Source: Longimicrobiales bacterium (GTDB lineage Bacteria; Gemmatimonadota; Gemmatimonadetes; Longimicrobiales; Gaopeijiaceae). From it: a stretch of 64,000 nucleotides of DNA. The notes below the pieces were generated by a model. That model searched no databases and was not told the origin of the DNA. It saw only the letters and a program-made list of their open reading frames with translations. Made by a program: the position numbers and the translations under genes. The stretch covers positions 1,632,001-1,696,000 of the forward strand of contig OZ250165.1 of assembly GCA_965238005.1 (NCBI GenBank), read 5' to 3'. Below, piece by piece: positions 31,446 to 41,491 of the stretch. Every line of letters starts with the position of its first letter. Position 1 is the stretch's first letter.

Positions 31446-31569
31446 CAACCCCTTCCGCAAAAAACGGGTATAACAGCCACGAGAGCCCCACCCCGACCAA
31501 CTGTCCCTTCAACAAGGCAAGGTGGCTCTGGCGCGGAGGCGCCTGCGCAACGCCACGGTTTGGGCGGCT

Positions 31570-31852
31570 TCAGTCTGCGGGCGGCGCGCCACCGCTGGTT
31601 TGCTTGCGACGTTGAAGCAGGTAGCTCGCGAAAGAACCCAGTCCGCTGAACTTGTATTGGCCATCGACGTATTTCTCGATCACATAGAACGCGAAGTAAT
31701 AGAACCGCATGAATCCCCAGAGGGCGACGCCCAGAAGCAGCGCCACGCGGAAACTCGGGTTTTCCCAGAGGAGTATGGCGGAGGCGACCAGCCCGGTGAG
31801 AAGCATGAGAATGCCTTTGACAATAATCAGGCGGGAGTTGGAGATCTTTCAT
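31570..31852 (-). pseudogene. Small membrane protein with frameshift near the 5' end
   Basis: MKDL / NSRLIIVKGILMLLTGLV...RFYYFAFYVIEKYVDGQYKFSGL. Confidence 0.55.
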
Positions 31853-31906
31853 GGCGTTCATGGCGCGGGCGGGATTCGTCGAGGTTTGCCCTGAATGTCG
31901 CATTGA

Positions 31907-33364
31907 ATGTCCGGGTTCACCAGTCGATTTGGACTCAGTGGGGCGGCGGATAGGAAAGTGAACCGCCCTCTGGGGCCAGGAAGCAAAGAAGCGAAAACAA
32001 AGATCTACCGCAAGCGACTGAGCGACAGCGATGACCAAGATGAGGAGCTTGGCAGGTTTCTCGAAAGGGTAGGCCACACGGCCACTGGACACACAATCAA
32101 GCTGTTCGATTCCTCAGTCGATCTTGCTGGCTGCGTCAAACAGGACGTGGCCGCGTGGCAGACACGAGTCATCCGCGACCGAAATCTTTCGGTTCGCCGA
32201 CCCACCTTGCCCGGCGACGAGATGCGCCGGCGCCTGCTGATCTTGCTCGGCAAGGTACGAAAATTCTGGATAGAGGGCGTACTCGAGAGGTCCCTCCACA
32301 ACACGGCCCTGATCGAGCTCGGGCGGGAAGAGTCATCCGACCTCGTGGACAATCCGTGGCACGGGGTGATGGAGCTTCCCGATCAAACGCGCCGCGGTAT
32401 GCCTACGGCCACGAAGCTGCTGGACGTATTTGAAGAGGCTGGGCGCGCCCTACTCATTCTCGGTGACCCCGGCGCCGGAAAAACCACGACGCTGTTGCAG
32501 CTCGCACGTGCCCTGGCAACCCGAGCTGAGCGCGACGCTACCGAGCCCATTCCGGTGGTGTTCAACCTATCCTCTTGGGGCCTCTCCCGGCCGGCTTTGC
32601 GCGACTGGATGGTCGCAGAGACGAACCGCCAGTATCAGATCCCCAAAGGAGTGGCACGTCAATGGATCGACGGAAATCACATCCTGCCATTGCTCGATGG
32701 TCTCGACGAGGTGGAGGAGGGTGCCCGGGTCGAGTGCGTTGAGGCCGTCAACGCCTTTGCAGAAGACAGCGGACTCGCGGGCCTGATCGTGTGCAGCCGG
32801 CTAGACGAATACCAAGGGTTGCCTCTGCGCCTGACACTCAATGCAGCGGTTTGCCTTCAACCGCTCGCTCTCGTTCAAGCGGATCTCTATCTGCACCAGC
32901 TAGGCCCGGGGTCGGCGGGACTTCGCAGCCAGCTCGAAGCTGATCAGACGCTGCAAATTCTCAACGAGGGCATCCGGCTCTCGCTTCGGACCATGTCGTA
33001 CTGCTTTCTAGCCACGATAGGACTGTTGAGCATCGTGGGCGCAGCCGTGGGGCTAGGTTTGGGCAACGGTCTGCTAGGTCTCGGGCTGGGAGCGGTGGGG
33101 GGACTGGTACTCGCTCTACCCGTAAGTCTCTGGTTTGGTGGCTTTGACGTCATTCAACATTACGCGCTTCGCCTGGAGCTTCTTCGCCGCAGGCACATGC
33201 CTCTCAGGTACGCACGCTTCCTCGATCACGCCTCTCGGATCGGAATCCTGCAGAAAGTGGGCAGCGGCTATTTGTTTAGCCAAGCGCGCCTGCGGCAGCA
33301 CTTCGAAGCAATGACCCCGATCGCTGGATCGGGAGCTGCCCCCATCCGTCGCCAGCCTTCTTGA
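31907..33364 (+). pseudogene. NACHT NTPase with C-terminal TM segments, likely 5'-truncated and internally deleted
   Basis: Walker A GDPGAGKTT, Walker B LLDGLDE; abrupt join DQTLQ-ILNEGIRLS; C-terminal FLDHA..ILQKVGSGY. Confidence 0.7.
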
Positions 33365-33595
33365 CTATAATAGGGAGGCTCCCTCGCATAGTACCGGCCG
33401 CAGGGATTAGGCATGAAAAGGCCCTTTCCGAGTGCGGCACGCTGCTTGCGCGAGCCGATACACCCCACCAACCTCCCGTCGCGAGGCCGTGCCCAGGCCA
33501 AGGTGCCCGCTCGCTGTATCCGCATACAAGGATGGGATGAGCGATGCGTGGATGGGCGATTCACGGCTTCGGATCAATCCCATTGTAGCCCTGTA

Positions 33596-33855
33596 CAGAT
33601 GAGCAAGCCGATAACGGCCCTCTAAGCCACGAGGGTACTCCAGCCTACCCTGGATACCGAATAAAGCCCGAAGACGCTCGGAACACCTTTACGGGCGTCT
33701 GAACGGGTTCAGCTTGCGCCTCCCAGCCCCCTCATAGGACATTGACCACGGTCTGATCCCGGAGTGCGCCCGTATCTGATCGAGTTACCCGCCTCAATGC
33801 CGCCCTCTCGGATCGCTACACCATCGAGCGTGAGCTGGGCGAGGGTGGCATGGCG
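33596..33855 (+). repeat. Full kinase leader repeat plus 5' stub (copy 6)
   Basis: Homologous to 54465-54720 and 45826-46066; SDRVTRLNAALSDRYTIERELGEGGMA. Confidence 0.88.
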
Positions 33856-33898
33856 CAGGCCCACTTCCGTCGTGTCCTAGAAAGGGGAGATCTGCGAG

Positions 33899-34567
33899 AT
33901 GGCTGATCAATGGCTGTTCAAGAGCGAAACTTATGATAACTGCAATTGCGCTGTGAATTGCGGTTGCCAGTTCAACTTGGCGAGCACCCACGGCTATTGT
34001 CAGTCGGCCTTCGTCGGTAACATCGTAGAAGGCCATTTCAACGATACGCCGCTCGCTGGGCTGAATTGGGCGGGGCTGTACAAGTGGCCTGGGGAAATCG
34101 CGGAGGGAAACGGAAAGCGCCAGATCGTTATCGACGAACGTGCGGATAAAGCCCAACGGGTTGCACTTGAAAAAATTATCTCGGGCGGCGCATGCGAACC
34201 ATTGAGCAATCTTTTCTCCGTATTCGCGCACACATGCTCGGAATTTTGCGAGACATTGTTTCTTCCGATAGGTCTCGAAGCGAACTTGGAACTGAGAACC
34301 GCAAGGGTTGATATACCGGGCATCATGACGAGCAGCGGCGGACCGATAATCAACGAATTTAATGGCCAACCGTTCCACGTTGCGCTGGCACGCCCTAGTG
34401 GCAGTTTCGAGTTTACTTACGCAGAAATCGGACTAGGCACGACCTCGGTGACGGGTGATATGGAGATGGCGTTCGAAGATTCATGGGCGCATTATTGTGT
34501 TCACCACTTCAATCAGGATGGCTTGGTCCGCGAAAGATCAAGGCTCACAGCATGGCTTGACGCATGA
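33899..34567 (+). CDS. DUF1326 domain protein
   Basis: NCNCAVNCGCQF..T.GYC and IDERADKAQRVALEKI motifs. Confidence 0.88.
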   Translation: MADQWLFKSETYDNCNCAVNCGCQFNLASTHGYCQSAFVGNIVEGHFNDTPLAGLNWAGLYKWPGEIAEGNGKRQIVIDERADKAQRVALEKIISGGACEPLSNLFSVFAHTCSEFCETLFLPIGLEANLELRTARVDIPGIMTSSGGPIINEFNGQPFHVALARPSGSFEFTYAEIGLGTTSVTGDMEMAFEDSWAHYCVHHFNQDGLVRERSRLTAWLDA

Positions 34568-34647
34568 GTCTGCGCTCCCGTGAAATGGTTCGATGAATCC
34601 GGCGAGCCCTACGCGATGTTTGAGAAGAGTGATCTACGGTGTACCGC

Positions 34648-34690
34648 CGACCCTGAGCATCACCCATAGCTTGAGCGCATGGGCATGTAC
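34648..34690 (+). repeat. Kinase downstream repeat R (partial)
   Basis: AGCATCACCCATAGCTTGAGCGCATGGGC, also at 62127 and (variant) 48853. Confidence 0.8.
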
Positions 34691-34754
34691 TCGTGGGACC
34701 TCGGTCGCGAGCAGATTCGCGAGACGGTAGGCGTCGAGGGAGAAGCAACATCGA

Positions 34755-35180
34755 GTGATTCGTAAGTACGCCCCCAACGACCTCGCCGAGTTGTTGCAGG
34801 TTTGGCATGACGCTTCGCAGATCGCTCATCCGTTCTGGACTCGCGATTTGTTCGAGCAGGAACGGAGGGATATCACGCAAGAATTCCTCCCGATTGCGGA
34901 GACCTGGGTCTTTGAGAGGCAGGGGCATGTGGTCGGATTCGTTTCATTGTTGGGCGACGAGGTAGGGGGACTCTTTGTAGCTCCGACGTGCCACAGACAG
35001 GGGATTGCTCGTGCGCTGATGGACCATGCCAGAGCGTCCCGCGATCACCTCGAGCTTGACGTGTTTGAGGCCAACGAGATTGGCAGGGCATTTTACGATG
35101 CCTATGGCTTCGCACTCATCGAAAAGCGACGGGACGAAAAGACGGGGCTGCGGCTGCTCCGGTTACAGCTCGACTCGTGA
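34755..35180 (+). CDS. GNAT acetyltransferase
   Basis: LFVAP..HRQGIARALM and N..GRAFY..YGF motifs. Confidence 0.9.
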   Translation: MIRKYAPNDLAELLQVWHDASQIAHPFWTRDLFEQERRDITQEFLPIAETWVFERQGHVVGFVSLLGDEVGGLFVAPTCHRQGIARALMDHARASRDHLELDVFEANEIGRAFYDAYGFALIEKRRDEKTGLRLLRLQLDS

Positions 35181-35190
35181 CAGGCGATTG

Positions 35191-35250
35191 CTGAACGGGC
35201 TCCTGCTTGCGCCTCCCGGACCGCTCTCGGATGTTGACCTCGGTCTGATC
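35191..35250 (+). repeat. Kinase leader repeat, promoter part only (copy 7)
   Basis: CTGCTTGCGCCTCCCGG..CTCTCGGATGTTGACCTCGGTCTGATC. Confidence 0.8.
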
Positions 35251-35393
35251 ATTCCATTCGGAGCGGGTTACGATGTCCGATGCCATTTCGACCACTGAGG
35301 GCGTCCCGGCGGCGGCTCCCGGAGTTCCCTAGGTGCTATACATATCTCGAATCAAGCTCGTGGACATCAAGTGCTTCCCGGGCAAGACGGTGA

Positions 35394-35575
35394 TTGATCG
35401 GCTTAGAGGGCAGATTGGTGAGCGGCCCCGAGGCCATAGCTGAATTCTACCGCGACGAGTTCAGTCGGAGCTTCGAGGGTTTATCGCTCCGCGACTTTGA
35501 GTTCGACTCGCCTCGGCCATTGAGCCCGCAGGTCGGGCTTGTGAACGGTGGATGGATCGTCGACGGCGTGGCTGT
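35394..35575 (+). pseudogene. SnoaL/DUF4440-like fragment
   Basis: GRLVSGPEAIAEFY...RPLSPQVGLVNGGW. Confidence 0.4.
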
Positions 35576-35826
35576 CGTGGCTTGGATTCACTACTCACCG
35601 CGGTTTTGCTCCGTTACACCCTTTGTTCGCCGGTGTTACTGGAAGACGCATGCCAGGAACTCCATTTTGTGTGCTCTCGAATTCTCAACGGGATTGCCGA
35701 CCTCGAGCACGTGCGTTCGTTACGCCGGCGTAAGGTGAGGGGGTACCGCCGTTACCGCAGGTGGGAACGAATTTCGCAACGGAGGGATAAAGAAACGCAC
35801 CAACCCGCAAGAGCACGGAGTCGAGA

Positions 35827-36225
35827 ATGAGACACACTCGAAGAAAGTTTCTCGCGACCACCTTGACCGTTCTCGCCACCAGCGCGTTGTCGTGCGGCGG
35901 CGGCGGCGGCGACGAGGGCTCCGACGGCCTCACCCCACCGACCGATGTGGACTGCCTTTCCAACGGAGCTGGGGCGATGATTGGGGGGGCCGCCGGGGCG
36001 CACCGCCACCTGTTGTCGGTCCCCCCAGAAGACGTGCGGGCAGGCGTGGACAAGACCTACGTAGCCCAAAGCCCGAGCACCCACCCACACAGCGTGACGC
36101 TCACGGCCGACCACTTCGCCTCGCTCCAGGCCAATCAGTCCGTATCGGTCGGCGTCACCACCTGGACCAGCCCCACCTCCGGTAATCAACACAGTCACAA
36201 CTTCGCAGTGATCAGCTGCTCCTGA
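35827..36225 (+). CDS. Tat-type lipoprotein with His-x-His motifs
   Basis: TRRKFL twin-arginine signal, ALSC lipobox; HRH, HPH and HSH motifs. Confidence 0.75.
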   Translation: MRHTRRKFLATTLTVLATSALSCGGGGGDEGSDGLTPPTDVDCLSNGAGAMIGGAAGAHRHLLSVPPEDVRAGVDKTYVAQSPSTHPHSVTLTADHFASLQANQSVSVGVTTWTSPTSGNQHSHNFAVISCS

Positions 36226-36754
36226 CGAGTGGAGCTAATCACCTTGCTGCGCGTGCCGGCGCCTGGTCCATGCCCGACGCCAGCGTCTCGGAGTCTCGTC
36301 GAAGAGCTGTGAAACGTTCCGCAGGTTTGTTCTCGACGAATGCCCGGCCATGGAGACGATGCAATGCATCTGTGAGGGCTCGAAACACTTCGGAGGAACG
36401 ACGGGCGAGGGTGTTACCATGACGCGGGAACACGGTGGAGCATTCTCCTCCGGCTTCACCAAGGGCTTCGACATCTCGCGGCTGGAAGTCGAGAGAAGCG
36501 ACGGGTCCACAGTGTTCTTTGACGTTCGAACTCGATACCGTCCTTCAGTTCTGGGAGGACTTCTTCGAGAAGTCCCTTGAGCCGCGAGGTGACCTGACCG
36601 TCTAGCGAGCCCCAGTAGCCGCACAACCTAACCGCAAATATCAGGGATTTCCCCACTAGCGCAGAATCACGGTGGGGGCGCATAGTGACGGGAAGAGCAG
36701 TAGGACCGACGACCTACTTGCGTGTCCACCAAAATTCGGCCTAGGGGGTCCGAC

Positions 36755-36940
36755 ATGGTAAGTCACACGGGCGTACCCGGTAGGGTAGCGCTCGGCACGC
36801 TTGGAATCGTCCTCTGCGCCCCGCATCCTGCTGCGAGCCAAGTGACGAGACCCTGCCGGGAGCTCTCCATGAACGCGCCACTTGACGCCGTAGTTGCTTG
36901 CGCCGAGAGCGGGGATGCTCAGGCGGCGTACATTATCGGG
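36755..36940 (+). pseudogene. Signal peptide plus first Sel1-like repeat, truncated
   Basis: AESGDAQAAYIIG then fused to the DUF4145 fragment. Confidence 0.4.
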
Positions 36941-37355
36941 GCACCATCCCCAGAACCCCAAGGTTAGTGACCACATCCCGTCGCCGGCGACGGACTATCT
37001 GCAACAGGCTCAGGAGAGTATCCATGCGCCAGCCGGTGCGATCATGCTGTGTGGCAGTGCCGTAGACGCTATGCTGAAAGCTCACAACTACACCACGGGG
37101 TCGCTCTATTCCCGAATCGACAAGGCCAAGGAAGACGGCATCATAACGGAGGGCATGGCCAAGTGGTCGCATAGGGTCAGGCTTGACGCAAACAAGCCTC
37201 GCCACGCTGACAAGGACGCTCCACTACCAGATGAGAAGGACGCGAAACGATCCTTCGAATTCTCCATGGCCCTCGGTGAGATTCTGTTCGTGCTCCCAGC
37301 CCGGGTCACGAGCGGGATCGCCAGTGGTACCGGCGGTGAAGACGAATCCAACTAG
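36940..37355 (+). pseudogene. DUF4145 protein C-terminal fragment
   Basis: AIMLCGSAVDAML..GSLYSRIDKA..G.IT..MAKWSHRVRLDAN..RH. Confidence 0.7.
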
Positions 37356-37617
37356 GGGGACGAACTACTCCGCAGCCTCCCGCAACTCCCGCGCTAGTTC
37401 AAGCCCGCGCTCGCGTGCTATGGCGTGCAGTTGGTCGATGAGCGCACGCACCTCATCGTCCTCGAGGTCCTTAGTGCACGTAGCAAGTGGGCGCGTTTTG
37501 GGCACCAACACCCTCTGCTCACCGTCGTCCGTGAGGACCGTCACGCTACGCCAATAGGTGATGCCGGGGGGGGGGTATGTAGGCGAGGGCGTTCTTTTCC
37601 CGAAGGGAGTCACCACC

Positions 37618-38180
37618 ATGGACGACACCAGCCAAGCCAAGCTCACCGCGGCCCTACGTACCATCATACCGGATGGGCCACAACGGACCCACGTGCAGGC
37701 CCGACCGGGTCATGTAGAGTACTCTGGGAGCCCCCTTTCGTACGAAGCCTACTACGGCACGCGGGACATCGAGGGCACGCCCGTACGTGAGGGCGACTTC
37801 CTAATCAAGGCACGGCTCTCGGGTGGGAAGTTCATCAACGATGGGCGGACAGCCATACACGGCACCTTCGAGCGCGTACCCCGAGGCTGCTTTCCTGTTA
37901 TCGCCGAGCACGCCGATAGCGCTCTACGGTTCCTAGAGGGCACCTACGGCAGGGACGTGGCCGACCTAGCGACGTACCTGACCCACCGCATGGCGCTTCG
38001 TGGGTCCGACGCCACGTCCCAGATTCTGATAGTGCGCCCGTTTAGCGCCCCCGGTGAGCGAACCGATCCAGGCCAGCACCGACGACGCGGCGATCTTCGA
38101 GTTGATTACCGCGACGGGCGGGCGGATGCCGGAGGTGGGGGGCGATTCCGAATGGGCGCGTACGTCGTTGCTTGGGTCGG
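37618..38180 (+). pseudogene. Hypothetical protein, probably frameshifted near 38050
   Basis: GGAG-preceded ATG at 37618; coding character continues in another frame. Confidence 0.35.
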
Positions 38181-38187
38181 TGGCTTG

Positions 38188-38822
38188 CTATCTCCTTACG
38201 CTGAAAATGGCACTGTGCCGTGTGACTCCACTGACTCGTACTTCGGCGCGATACGTGCCGGCGGCCAACTCGAAGGCCCTGTATGAATTTGTGCCAGGAG
38301 TAACGTATTCAGTGGCCTGCTCTACTGTCCGCCCAGTTTGGAGGTCCATGATGACCAGTGTGACTGTTTCTCCTCCATAGCCGTAGACGTAGAGAATCGG
38401 AGCTTCTCCAGGGCCGAAGCTGTCCTTTGCGGGCGGTCGAGACTCGACCTCCACGTCCTGAAGCCGAGTGACGATGAGGCCGGACTCTGCGACTGCTTGT
38501 GAGCCACTTAGGCCACGCACTGAAAGTTCATAACGTCCCGTCGGGAGAGAACCTATCCGCGGCTCCATGGTCAAGGCGGCGAGTCGGTACGTTCCCGTGT
38601 AGCGCAGAGTGTAAGAGAACTCTGCCTTATCTCTCCGTGTCGTTCCCACGTCCCGTACCACTTCCTGACCGTCCGGGTCCTGTAGGATGAGTCCGGGGCT
38701 TACTGCCCTCGATGTCATGATAACATGTATGCGCCGACCTTCATCGCCGCTGAACTCCCAAAGATGATATGGGTTGGCTCCTCCAAGTAGGGGATCTGCC
38801 GACGTCAGGCGCGCCTCCAGCA
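38188..38822 (-). pseudogene. PPC (pre-peptidase C-terminal)-like domain protein, 5' end disrupted by IS3
   Basis: YHLWEFSGDEGRRIHVIMTS..LILQDPDG..GTYRL..GRYELSV; frame runs into the IS end. Confidence 0.7.
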
Positions 38823-38880
38823 TGGAGTTGACCCGCTTTGGTGGACACCTCAGTAGTGAGGGAGACAGGAGGAGTCCACG

Positions 38881-39195
38881 ATGCCAAGAACACATGCGCC
38901 GTACCCGCCGGAGTTTCGGCGGCAGATGGTCGAGTTGGTCAGGTCGGGCCGCTCCGTGGAGGAGCTGGCCCGGGAGTTCGAGCCCTCAAACGGGGCGATA
39001 CGGAACTGGGTCAAACAAGCTGACTTGGATGAAGGCCGTCGCAGTGACGGGCTGACGACGGAGGAGCGTGGGGAACTCAGGCAGCTTCGGCGTGACAACA
39101 AGCGTCTGCGCATGGAGCAGGAGATTCTAAAAAAAGCCGCCGCCTGGTTTGCTCGGGAGAGCAACTCGATCCCGGAACGGGGTTCGAGTTCATGA
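38881..39195 (+). CDS. IS3 OrfA
   Basis: HTH; A7G -1 frameshift motif at 39129-39136. Confidence 0.92.
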   Translation: MPRTHAPYPPEFRRQMVELVRSGRSVEELAREFEPSNGAIRNWVKQADLDEGRRSDGLTTEERGELRQLRRDNKRLRMEQEILKKAAAWFARESNSIPERGSSS

Positions 39196-40043
39196 AGACG
39201 AATCAGGCCGACTTCCCTGTGCGGGCGATGTGCCGTGTGCTGGATCTCTCCCCCAGCGGCTACTACGCCTGGTTGGATCGCGAGCCTTCGGCTCGGGCGA
39301 AGCGAGATGAGGAGCTCACAGAGCGGATCGAGACGGTCTGGCGCGAGAACCGAAGGGTCTATGGCCGGCCCCGCATCTACGCGGACCTCAAGGAAGCTGG
39401 CGAGCGGGTCGGTGAGAAGCGGGTGGGCCGGCTCATGAAGCAGGCCGAGATTGTGGGAGCTAGCCGGAGGCGGCGCGGCCCGAAGACGACCAGGCGCAAC
39501 GAGGACGCCCGTCCCGCGCCGGATCTCATCGAGCGGGACTTCAGCGCAGACGGGCCAGACCAGTTGTGGGTGGCCGACATCACCTACATCCCGACCTGGG
39601 CGGGGTTCTTGTACCTCGCGGTTGTGCTCGACGTCTGGAGCAGGCGGGTGGTCGGGTGGTCGATGGCTACGCACCTGCGCACCGAGCTCGTCCTGGACGC
39701 GCTGAACATGGCGACCTGGCAGCGCCGGCCCGAATGCGTCATCCATCACAGTGATCAGGGAACCCAGTACACCTCGATCGCCTTCGGCCTACGCTGCAAC
39801 GATGTCGGTGTGCGGCCCTCGATGGGCTCCGTGGGCGACGCCTACGACAACGCGATGTGCGAGAGCTTCTTCGCGACGCTCGAGTGCGAGCTACTCGACC
39901 GGCAGCGCTTCCGGACCCAGGCCGAGGCGAAGATGGCCGTGTTCGACTTCATCGAGGGCTTCTACAACCCCCGGAGGCGACACTCGGCACTGGGTCAGCT
40001 GTCGCCCATCAACTTCGAGCGTCGCCACGGAGCGGCAGCATGA
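39192..40043 (+). CDS. IS3 OrfB integrase core
   Basis: DITY, HSDQG and ESFF DDE motifs. Confidence 0.93.
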   Translation: MKTNQADFPVRAMCRVLDLSPSGYYAWLDREPSARAKRDEELTERIETVWRENRRVYGRPRIYADLKEAGERVGEKRVGRLMKQAEIVGASRRRRGPKTTRRNEDARPAPDLIERDFSADGPDQLWVADITYIPTWAGFLYLAVVLDVWSRRVVGWSMATHLRTELVLDALNMATWQRRPECVIHHSDQGTQYTSIAFGLRCNDVGVRPSMGSVGDAYDNAMCESFFATLECELLDRQRFRTQAEAKMAVFDFIEGFYNPRRRHSALGQLSPINFERRHGAAA

Positions 40044-40700
40044 GAAACCTGCGTGGCCAAGTTGCCCTTTACTCCCCCGCTGCGCGGGGGAAGCTTTCCT
40101 CTCCCCAGCGAGGGGGACAGACTATAAACCTCAGTGTTCACCCGTCCACTGAAACGGGACAGCTCCAGCAATAGCAGTGCACTCTCGCTCCTCGACGCAC
40201 CGCATGTTCTCGAAATGCCGGACGAGTGAGGGTAAGGGGGTGATCAGCGGCTCGGGGACGACTCCGCATCCACCCACCAACATTGCGGCTGCTGTGATCC
40301 ATAATAAGCGCGAGACGTAGGGGAACTCCATGAGGGGGTATTCCCTCCTGTGTCATGCCCCGCTCCCGCGAGCTCCACGGACATCAGGACTCCTGCAAGC
40401 GCACGTGGGACCGGAGGCGGTTGCTTTGTGCCCCCACCATTCTGGCATCTCAGGGGGAGGGGCACCAGTGGAGTTGAGGCACTCGCCCCTGAAATGACGG
40501 TAGAGTAATTTGTGGGCACACCTTTCGACCCGACTGAAACAGCGCATGGACGAAGGCTCTGCCACTGGCGACCTTTCAGCACCATGACGATATCAACCGG
40601 TAGACGTGTGTGCCCTATACGGTCCCTAAACGTGATTGGTGCCCTGAACGGGCTTAGGGTACAGAGTCGTAAAACATTTATAACATAGCAGTTATAAGGT

Positions 40701-40743
40701 TTGTCCCCGTAGCTCAGCTGGATAGAGCGACTGCCTCCTAAGC
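40701..40743 (+). repeat. Duplicate of tRNA-Arg 5' half (att-like site)
   Basis: 43-bp identity with 63154-63196, ending just past the anticodon loop. Confidence 0.9.
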
Positions 40744-40844
40744 CCTGTCGGGCTTGGGGGGCTTTCGCATCTTTGGCGTACTTCTGCGGATTTCTTCACT
40801 ATGACTGTGAACTGTTCAATGGCGTTTCACAGGGTTTCCGCATC

Positions 40845-40869
40845 CCAACATGCACACCAACATGCACAC
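40845..40869. repeat. CCAACATGCACA x2
   Basis: Read directly; ~100 bp inside the att-like site. Confidence 0.8.
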
Positions 40870-40892
40870 ACCTGACTCGACTAGGGATCTGA

Positions 40893-41260
40893 TCTCTCTC
40901 CTCATCCCCATCCTCAAATCCGCCCGATGCCCCCCAATTGGGTCCCATACGCACCCTTTAGATATTGATACCCCCTGCGAGGCTACATCGGCGACTGAAA
41001 AGAATGTTCAGCGGATAATGTTCGGGAATTGGTGAGGCGGGCATATCAGCCCCACCTGCCGAAGCCCCCCAAACGGGACTCCTATTCTATGGATGTTAGA
41101 AACTACCCTAGGCGAGGCTGGATGAGCGGTTGGGATTAATGTTCAGTGGATATTGTTTTGGAGATCCGGCAGAGGAATCAGGCTGAGAAGATTCATGCCG
41201 CTGAAGCATGAGGCCGTGAGTTCGACTCTGGTCGCTGTCAGCATCGGCAGCGGCGAGTAC
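40893..41260 (+). repeat. ~370-bp segment duplicated at 51360-51624 plus 54357-54459
   Basis: Near-identical sequence; the second copy is split by IS3. Confidence 0.9.
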
Positions 41261-41276
41261 CGTTAGGTTTACGGTC

Positions 41277-41480
41277 ATGGACTTGACACCTGATGAGCAA
41301 CCCGTCGTCCGTCGTGCTGTGGTGGCGTACCACGAGGCGAAGAAGGGGCACAAGGGGCTGTTCAGAGGCACAACTGCCGACGAGATTCTCGAAGAATTGA
41401 AGCCGTCTGCCGTCCGTTGGGCTGAACTCGCCGCGTTTGTGATCGGAACGGCGGAAGGACCCAAACGAGGGAATCGATAA
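41277..41480 (+). CDS. Small hypothetical protein
   Basis: 67-aa ORF with plausible composition. Confidence 0.35.
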   Translation: MDLTPDEQPVVRRAVVAYHEAKKGHKGLFRGTTADEILEELKPSAVRWAELAAFVIGTAEGPKRGNR

Positions 41481-41491
41481 CCGAGGACTTC

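Larger units (their letters stand above)
38823..40167 (+). mobile_element. IS3-family element, complete (1345 bp)
   Basis: TG...CA imperfect IRs (TGGAGTTGACCCG / CGGGACAGCTCCA); 3-bp GCA target duplication. Confidence 0.95.
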
